Source: Polyangiales bacterium (GTDB lineage: Bacteria > Myxococcota_A > Polyangia > Polyangiales > Polyangiaceae). From it: a stretch of DNA of 64,000 bases. The notes beneath the pieces were generated by a model that did not search any database, was not told the DNA's origin, and saw nothing but the letters and a program-made list of their open reading frames with translations. The position numbers and the translations under genes are program-made. The stretch is taken from positions 64,001-128,000 of the forward strand of contig JBBRLQ010000002.1 of the NCBI GenBank assembly GCA_038231275.1, read 5' to 3'. Position 1 is the first letter of the stretch; each line of letters begins with the position of its first letter. Positions 57,727 to 64,000 of this stretch are shown piece by piece.

Positions 57727-60240
57727 TCACTTCCCGGCGTCGCCCCCGCTCGATTCGATGCACTGGAGGCTGATCTTCGAGCCGACCTGCGGGTTGCCGG
57801 TCGCCGAGAAGAGGATCGCCTGCGGGCAGGTGCCTGCGGCCGTCCCCTCCACGTAGCACCAGCCCGCTTCGCTCGAGGCGGCGCACGAGCCGTTCTGGAA
57901 GTCCTGCGCGTACTTGAACTTCGACGTGACCGCCTGGTTCGTGCACGAGTCCGGACGCGCTCCCGGCGGGACGAGCTGGGTGACCTGGCAAACCGGGAGC
58001 TTCGTGGCGTCGACGAAGCCGGGACCGGCGTCGCCCTTCACGTCGCCCTGCTGGGCCTTCTGCTGCTCGCGGAACTTCAGGAGGACGGTCGGATCCGGCT
58101 CCACGAGGCCCGGGATGTTTCTGCAGTCGCTCTGCGGACCGGGGATCGCCAATGTCTCGAGGATGAGGCACGGCACGTCGCCGCACGTGCTGCCCGAGAG
58201 CTGCTGCGGGAGGCACTGGTTGGCGAGCGCGTTCTTGAGGCGGTCGACGATCGCGCGGACGGCGGGGCGGTAGCCGTAGTCCGGGCTCGCCGTGTTCGAC
58301 GGCTCACGCGGGCAGAGCGAGGCCACGATGCCCTGGTCGCCGAGCTTCTTGGCGACCGTGAGCTCGCGAATGCACGGGTACGCCTTGCCGCGCACCTGCG
58401 TCGTCTTGGTCGTCGCGTCGCAAAGCGGCGGAAGCGGAGGAGTCCCGCTCGCGCAGTCGCACGCGCCCGCGAACTTCGCGAGCTTGCAGTCCTTCGGCGC
58501 CGGGAGCTGGAAGGTGCAGGCGTATTGGAGATCGTTCTTGCCGGTGTCCCACTCGCGGCCGTGGAGCGGATCCGCGGTGTCGCTGGCGGTCGCGTCGGGG
58601 AGACCCGCGCGCGGCGTCTGCGACTGGATCATGTGCGGGTCGATGCCGGTGAAGTCGTACGCCTCGGGATCGTTGCCGATGATCTGCTTCCAGCGATCGT
58701 TGGGGATCGCCGAGAGGAACGGGCTCGCCGCATCCTTCGGATCCTGCGTGAGGAGCTGCCACGGAACGCCGGTGATGGCGGCGTAGAACACGAGATCGCT
58801 CGTGCGCGGGCCGCGCGTCAGCTTGCAGAGCTCGGCGCCGCCGTCGCTCGGGAGGTTCTGCGCGAAGAGGGGGTTGGTGCAGTTGGGGCGGGCGTTGTAC
58901 GAGTTGTTCGGCTTCCCGTCGGAGCCGACGCCGTCGTAGACCTCGCCGTCACGGTTCGGCACCGTGTAGTTCTTGAGGCCGTTGACGTAACGGCTGATCG
59001 GAAACTGCGGATCGACGCCGTAGCGCTCCTTGAGGCGAACGTAGCGCGTGTTGAGCGTGTCCTCGGCGGCCTTGTAGTAGCCGAGCTGCGGCTGGCCGGT
59101 GCCGGTGTCGACGTCGCCCGGCTGCTGGCAGTTCGGGTCCGAGCCGTGGCCGGGGAAGCCGCACGACGTGCATTCGCCGGTCGTGATCTTGGTGACGTCG
59201 TTGCACGCCGATGTGCCACGCGCCGCGCCGCCGCCGACCGAGCCGGGGAAGCGCTTCATGTTGTACGCCCAGCCCTGGCCGCCGACGGCGCGCGGATCAG
59301 GGGCCGAGTCGTCCTCGTCGGACAGAAGAATGATCGCGACGAGCGAGTCGGGGCGGAGGAAGTCGGCGCGCTGCTTCAGCACGGTGCCATCGACGCCATC
59401 GAGCGCGCGGCGGCGGCCGTCCTTCGGATCGGGAATGATCGCGTTGTACGGATCGGGCTGGACGAGGAAGCGGTACCACGACTCGATCTGCGACTCGATA
59501 CCGCAGCCATACTCGTGGACGCCGCCGACGGCCTCGACGAAGTCAGCCTGGAGCTTGGCGACGTCGGTGATCGGCGGCGCGTTCGCGGGCGCGTTTTTGC
59601 CCTTGTTCGCGTCGACGCTCGGGAACCACGCGAGGTAGTTCGATGCGCCGGTGTCGGGGGTCGTGACCTCTGCCGAGTCGATCGTCTTGCCGGTGGGGTC
59701 GACCACGCTGCCGCGGTTGAGGAGGTGGCCCTGATCGTCGTCGTGGCGCTTGGCGCCGGTGCCGACCGGATCGGTGCCGTCGCACACGTCACCGCCGCGC
59801 CCGCCGAGGGACGACGAGACGATGCCGATGTGGAGGTCGTGGACCGGCTGGAACTCCGCCTTGCCCGCGGCGCACTTTCCGTCGGTCGTCGTGCCGAGGA
59901 CCTTGCCGGCTTCGTCGACGCAGTTCGGCGTCACGAGGCGGCTCAGCAAGTCGGGGACGGCTTGCGCGAGGAGGAACTGCTTGTCTCCCATCGATGCGGA
60001 GTTGTCGACCGCGAACAGGACGTCGACCTTGTCGACCGAAGCCTGGCGAACGACGGCGGTGAAGTTGGTCTTCGTCGTCGGCGGCTGCGACGTGACCGGA
60101 CGGCTGAGGCAACCCGCGGCGACGGCGACGCCCGAGATGAAGCCCACGGAGGCGACCGCCCTGGCGACGGACTTCGCGACAGACCCGATCGACGCGACCG
60201 ACGCGACCGACTTCACCTTTTGAATCCCATGCGATCCCAT
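57727..60240 (-). CDS. Large Cys-rich VWA-domain lipoprotein (CglB-like MIDAS)
   Basis: Lipobox AAGC; VDVLFAVDNSASM (DxSxS), GCGIES, FLRPDSLVAIILLSDEDD. Confidence 0.8.
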   Translation of the reverse strand: MGSHGIQKVKSVASVASIGSVAKSVARAVASVGFISGVAVAAGCLSRPVTSQPPTTKTNFTAVVRQASVDKVDVLFAVDNSASMGDKQFLLAQAVPDLLSRLVTPNCVDEAGKVLGTTTDGKCAAGKAEFQPVHDLHIGIVSSSLGGRGGDVCDGTDPVGTGAKRHDDDQGHLLNRGSVVDPTGKTIDSAEVTTPDTGASNYLAWFPSVDANKGKNAPANAPPITDVAKLQADFVEAVGGVHEYGCGIESQIESWYRFLVQPDPYNAIIPDPKDGRRRALDGVDGTVLKQRADFLRPDSLVAIILLSDEDDSAPDPRAVGGQGWAYNMKRFPGSVGGGAARGTSACNDVTKITTGECTSCGFPGHGSDPNCQQPGDVDTGTGQPQLGYYKAAEDTLNTRYVRLKERYGVDPQFPISRYVNGLKNYTVPNRDGEVYDGVGSDGKPNNSYNARPNCTNPLFAQNLPSDGGAELCKLTRGPRTSDLVFYAAITGVPWQLLTQDPKDAASPFLSAIPNDRWKQIIGNDPEAYDFTGIDPHMIQSQTPRAGLPDATASDTADPLHGREWDTGKNDLQYACTFQLPAPKDCKLAKFAGACDCASGTPPLPPLCDATTKTTQVRGKAYPCIRELTVAKKLGDQGIVASLCPREPSNTASPDYGYRPAVRAIVDRLKNALANQCLPQQLSGSTCGDVPCLILETLAIPGPQSDCRNIPGLVEPDPTVLLKFREQQKAQQGDVKGDAGPGFVDATKLPVCQVTQLVPPGARPDSCTNQAVTSKFKYAQDFQNGSCAASSEAGWCYVEGTAAGTCPQAILFSATGNPQVGSKISLQCIESSGGDAGK

Positions 60241-60301
60241 GCGCGCTCCTTATAAAGGGGTAAGGCGGGCGAGACGGTACCACAGAACCCCAACCCCCTT
60301 C

Positions 60302-60318
60302 AGCATGGCATATGCCAG
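60302..60318 (-). promoter_or_regulatory. Sigma-54 (-24/-12) promoter candidate
   Basis: Minus strand CTGGCATATGCCATGCT, GG-N10-GC spacing, about 60 bp upstream of the VWA lipoprotein start. Confidence 0.65.
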
Positions 60319-60375
60319 GGCTCGGCCGCGACGGCCTGAGCAATCTTCGGCACTTACAGAAGCGCACCTGCCAAC

Positions 60376-62370
60376 TCAGTTGCCAGGTGCCTCCTTGGTT
60401 GGCAGCAGGCTCGCGGGGCTCGTTTCTTCGGTCGCTTTCGCCTCGGCCGGGCTCTCGACCTTCGGCAGCGCCTCACGGAGGACGCGGACGTGGCGCTTGT
60501 TGACCCCGGGAACGGCGAGGAGGGCCGCGTCGTCGGCCAGCCGGATCGCGTCGACGGAGCCGAGCGTCTTCAGGAGCGCCTTCTTCGTCTTGTCGCCGAT
60601 GCCCTTGATGTCGTCGAGGATGGACCTGAACCTGCGCGCCTTGCCGACCTTCTCGCGGCCGCGGTTCGAGAAGCGGTGGGCCTCGTCGCGGAGGCGCGCG
60701 AGGAAGAAGAGTGACGCCGAGTGGCTGCGGAGCGGGATCGGGTTCTTCTGGCCGGGCAGGTAGACGCGATCGACGAGCGTCTCCTCGAGCACGTTCTCCT
60801 TCTCCTTCGCGAGCGCGACGATCGGCAGGTCGTGGAGGCCGAGATCGTGGGCCGCGGCCAACGCCACCGCGAGCTGCCCGCGCCCTCCGTCGACGACGAA
60901 CAGATCCGGAAGATCCCACTCGACGTCCGCCTCCGACTCCGAACCCGACGCCGACTCCGTCGCCGATCCCACCGCGGCCCTGCCCCTCCGGAACCTGCGC
61001 GCGAGCACCTCGTACATCGCGCCGTAGTCGTCCCCTCCCCCGCCCTCTGCCGGGCCCTTCACCTTGAACGTGCGGTACCGCTTCTTGTCCGGCAAGCCGT
61101 CCTTCATCGCGACGACCGCGCCGACCGTGTCGTCGCCGCCGAGGTGCGAGATGTCACAGCACTCGATGCGGCGGGGGAGCGACGGGAGACGCAGGCGCTC
61201 TTGCAGCTGTTTGAGGCGCTCCTCGACGTCGTCGGAGGCGCGGCGTTTTTCGGCGAACGAGTGCCGCGCGTTGTCGACGGCGAGCTCGAGGAGGTGCGCG
61301 CGCGGGCCGCGCTGAGGAGAGACGATCTCGACTTTGTGCTCCGCGCGCTCGCCGAGCCACTCTTCGATGCCGGTCGTGCCCTCTGGGCGCAAGGCGACGA
61401 CGATCTCGCGCGGGATCGGGACGAGCACGTCGCCGTCGTCTCCCTCGCGGCCGTAGTGCTGGGCAAGGAAGGCCGCCACGATCTCCTCGTCCGGAATCTC
61501 TGCTTGCTTGAGCGAGAACGTCGCCACCTCGGCGAGCGTTCCCGACCGCACGTAGAGGAGCGCGAGCTCGACGAGATCGCCTTCGCGGTAGAGGCCGAGC
61601 ACGTCGCGATCGACGTCGTCCACGCTGACGACACGCTGCGACTGGCGCACCTTCTCGATCGCGCGGAGCTGATCGCGGTACACCGCGGCGAGCTCGAAGC
61701 GCATGCTTTCCGCGGCGGCGTGCATGCGAGAGATGAGATCGCGCGAGAGCTCGTCGTGCCGGCCGTCGAGGAACTTGGCGACCGCGTCGACCTGCTCGCC
61801 GTACCACGCCGGGTCCACCTCGTAGACGCACGGCGCGGGGCAGCGCTTGATCTGGAACTGGAGGCACGGCCGGCGGCGCGCGGCCATCTCGGTGTCGCCG
61901 CACGTGCGCAGCTGGAAGTGCTTGTTCACGAGGTGCAGCGTCCGCCGCGCGCTCGTCGCGGAGTGGTACGGGCCGAAGTAGCGCGCGCCGTCGTCGCCGG
62001 AGGGGCGGCGCACGAGGTAGAGGCGCGGCCACGGATCCTTCATCGGGAGGCGCAAGGAGAGGAAGTCCTTGTCGTCCCGGAGCTTCACGTTGAAGCGCGG
62101 TTTGTGGCTCTTGATGAGCTCGTTCTCGAGGATCGTCGCTTCCTTCTCGGAGCCGGTCACGATCGTGTCGAGATCCGCGATGACCTTGTGGAGGATAGGA
62201 ATGAAGAAGCGGGTGTCGGTGCCGCCCGCCTGGAAATAGCTGCGAACTCGGCTGCGAAGGCTCTTCGCCTTGCCGACGTACACGACCGTCCCCTTCTTGT
62301 CCTTGAAGAGGTAGACGCCCGACTTTGCCGGCAGGCTGTCCAGTTTCTCCGTGACGGTGGCGGGCAGCAT
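60376..62370 (-). CDS. uvrC: Excinuclease ABC subunit C
   Basis: GVY...YVGKAKSLRSRVRSYF, RIECCDISH, DDY..M, VDGGRGQL, RDEAHRF, HhH motifs. Confidence 0.98.
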   Translation of the reverse strand: MLPATVTEKLDSLPAKSGVYLFKDKKGTVVYVGKAKSLRSRVRSYFQAGGTDTRFFIPILHKVIADLDTIVTGSEKEATILENELIKSHKPRFNVKLRDDKDFLSLRLPMKDPWPRLYLVRRPSGDDGARYFGPYHSATSARRTLHLVNKHFQLRTCGDTEMAARRRPCLQFQIKRCPAPCVYEVDPAWYGEQVDAVAKFLDGRHDELSRDLISRMHAAAESMRFELAAVYRDQLRAIEKVRQSQRVVSVDDVDRDVLGLYREGDLVELALLYVRSGTLAEVATFSLKQAEIPDEEIVAAFLAQHYGREGDDGDVLVPIPREIVVALRPEGTTGIEEWLGERAEHKVEIVSPQRGPRAHLLELAVDNARHSFAEKRRASDDVEERLKQLQERLRLPSLPRRIECCDISHLGGDDTVGAVVAMKDGLPDKKRYRTFKVKGPAEGGGGDDYGAMYEVLARRFRRGRAAVGSATESASGSESEADVEWDLPDLFVVDGGRGQLAVALAAAHDLGLHDLPIVALAKEKENVLEETLVDRVYLPGQKNPIPLRSHSASLFFLARLRDEAHRFSNRGREKVGKARRFRSILDDIKGIGDKTKKALLKTLGSVDAIRLADDAALLAVPGVNKRHVRVLREALPKVESPAEAKATEETSPASLLPTKEAPGN

Positions 62371-62426
62371 CGCGAGGGCCGTTATACCCAAGAGGAAGGC
62401 AGCCGGGACGGTCTGAGGAGAGACCG

Positions 62427-62966
62427 ATGGGGATTTTTCATTTCCCGTGGGCGGCAGTCGCGCTCGCGATGGCGGGGCTCGTCTCGAGCTCGGCGCCGGC
62501 TTCCGGCACGAAGGTGACGCGCATCGCGATCCACAAGAGCGCGCACACGATGGAGCTGTGGGACAAGGACGGGCGGAGCGCGACGTACCCTGTGTCGCTC
62601 GGTCCGGGCGGCCCCGGCTTCAAGCGCCGCGAAGGCGATCGCACCACGCCGGTCGGGCGTTACCACGTCGTCAATCGCGGACCGTCCAAGTCGTTCACGA
62701 TCTTCATGCGCCTCGACTACCCCAACGCCGAGGACCGAAAGCGCTTCAACGCGCTCAAGACCGAAGGCGCGCTGCCGATCGGCGCGACGATCGGCGGCGA
62801 CATCGGCATCCACGGCGGGACGCCCGAAGGATGGAACAAGAGCGAGGACCGCACGATCGCGGAGCGCGACTGGACGCTCGGGTGCATCGGCGTCGAGGAC
62901 GCGGAGATCCGCGCCATCGCGAAGCGCGTCGCCGACGGAACGATCGTCGACATCGACGACGAGTAG
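62427..62966 (+). CDS. L,D-transpeptidase (YkuD family)
   Basis: K.REGD..TP.G.Y, YPN..D, IGIHG, WTLGCI. Confidence 0.92.
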   Translation: MGIFHFPWAAVALAMAGLVSSSAPASGTKVTRIAIHKSAHTMELWDKDGRSATYPVSLGPGGPGFKRREGDRTTPVGRYHVVNRGPSKSFTIFMRLDYPNAEDRKRFNALKTEGALPIGATIGGDIGIHGGTPEGWNKSEDRTIAERDWTLGCIGVEDAEIRAIAKRVADGTIVDIDDE

Positions 62967-62981
62967 CTGCGGCCCAGCGCT

Positions 62982-63956
62982 TCAGCGCAGCGGGCAGTTG
63001 GTCGCGCAGAAACCGCCCTGGCACTGGTCGGAGCAGCAGTCGGAGGCGACGTTGCACGGCGAGCCGACGAACTTGCACAGCTGCGCGGGCGCGCCGCACA
63101 CCGGAGGGACTCCCGTGCAAATGCGGCCGGCGCAGTCGGCGTTGGAGGTGCACCCCTGACCGTCGGGGAGCGGCGGCGCGGCGCAGACCTTGTAGCCATT
63201 CGGGCCGAGCGTGCAGGGCGCGCGGCAGCAGTCTCCGTCGTTGCTGCAAAAATCACCAGGCGGGCGGCACGGGCCAGGACCCGGATCGCATCTCATTCCG
63301 TCGCCGCTGCCGGAGGTGCATACGCCGGAGCAGCACTCCGACGTATCGCACTCGTCACCGGTCGCCTTGCATCCGCCGCCGGTGCGGCACCGCTTGACGT
63401 CTCCGTCGCAGCTCCCGGAGCAGCAGTCCGCGCCGGTCGTGCACGGGCTCTCCTCTTTCAGGCAGAGCGAGCCGCCGCACGCGCCGCCGTTGCACGCGTG
63501 CGAGCAGCAGTCTTGGGCGCTGGTGCACGAGGCGCCGTTGGCAAGGCAGAAGCTCGTGCACTTTCGCCCTCCGCCGCCGCCGCCGCCGCCGCTACCGACC
63601 GGCTCGCATCGCCCGCTGCAGCATTGGTCGCGCGCCGTGCAGCTCGCGCCAGGTCCCACGCAAACTCCGGACGTGAGGCAGACGTTCGCTTCGCAGCGCG
63701 AGGAGCAGCAGTCGCTCGGCCCTTGGCACGACGCACCGTTGCCGCGGCACGCCTGTCGTGGACCCGCGTCGACGAAATCGCACGGGCGTGTCGCGGCGTC
63801 AGGCTCCGCGCCGTCTCCCTGGAACGATTGGCCGCCGTCGGAAATCGGCAAGAGCTCGATGGTCTCTTCGCGGCCGCACGCCAGGAACGCGACCGCGGCG
63901 CCGAGGACGGTGCCGAAGATGGTTCGCGCGGCGGACGACGTGCGCATCGCCATCAC
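62982..63956 (-). CDS. Cys-rich repeat lipoprotein
   Basis: Lipobox FLAC; about eight C...G..C....DCCS..C repeats. Confidence 0.78.
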   Translation of the reverse strand: MMAMRTSSAARTIFGTVLGAAVAFLACGREETIELLPISDGGQSFQGDGAEPDAATRPCDFVDAGPRQACRGNGASCQGPSDCCSSRCEANVCLTSGVCVGPGASCTARDQCCSGRCEPVGSGGGGGGGGRKCTSFCLANGASCTSAQDCCSHACNGGACGGSLCLKEESPCTTGADCCSGSCDGDVKRCRTGGGCKATGDECDTSECCSGVCTSGSGDGMRCDPGPGPCRPPGDFCSNDGDCCRAPCTLGPNGYKVCAAPPLPDGQGCTSNADCAGRICTGVPPVCGAPAQLCKFVGSPCNVASDCCSDQCQGGFCATNCPLR

Positions 63957-64000
63957 AGTCTATCCGCCGACGCGAGGGGCTGCACGGAACGACGGCTCAA

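Overview
High-GC, gene-dense chromosomal segment, most likely from a myxobacterium of the Polyangiales (Labilithrix/Sorangium-like). This is inferred from three eukaryotic-like Ser/Thr kinases, a MYXO-CTERM tail, a TIGR04551-like barrel, GltJ-like and VWA surface proteins, and many Cys-rich lipoproteins. About 54 CDSs are present. Recognisable housekeeping genes are queA, tgt, dprA, topA, greB, def, corA, psd, fabH, ddl, a dCMP deaminase, uvrC and an L,D-transpeptidase. No tRNA, rRNA, CRISPR array, integrase or transposase was seen. Notable points: (1) two kinase + lipoprotein + TPR-protein modules, one with an orphan Venus-flytrap solute-binding protein and no transporter; (2) a protein with a HEPN/Toprim-N-like domain but no apparent nuclease; (3) recurrent -10 boxes 6-9 nt before start codons, suggesting leaderless mRNAs; (4) a tandem duplication of a whole transcription unit that preserves a candidate promoter motif; (5) a frameshift in a (CG)n tract; (6) a pseudo-M48 peptidase beside twin lipoproteins. 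All family names come from motif recognition by eye; no database searches were run.
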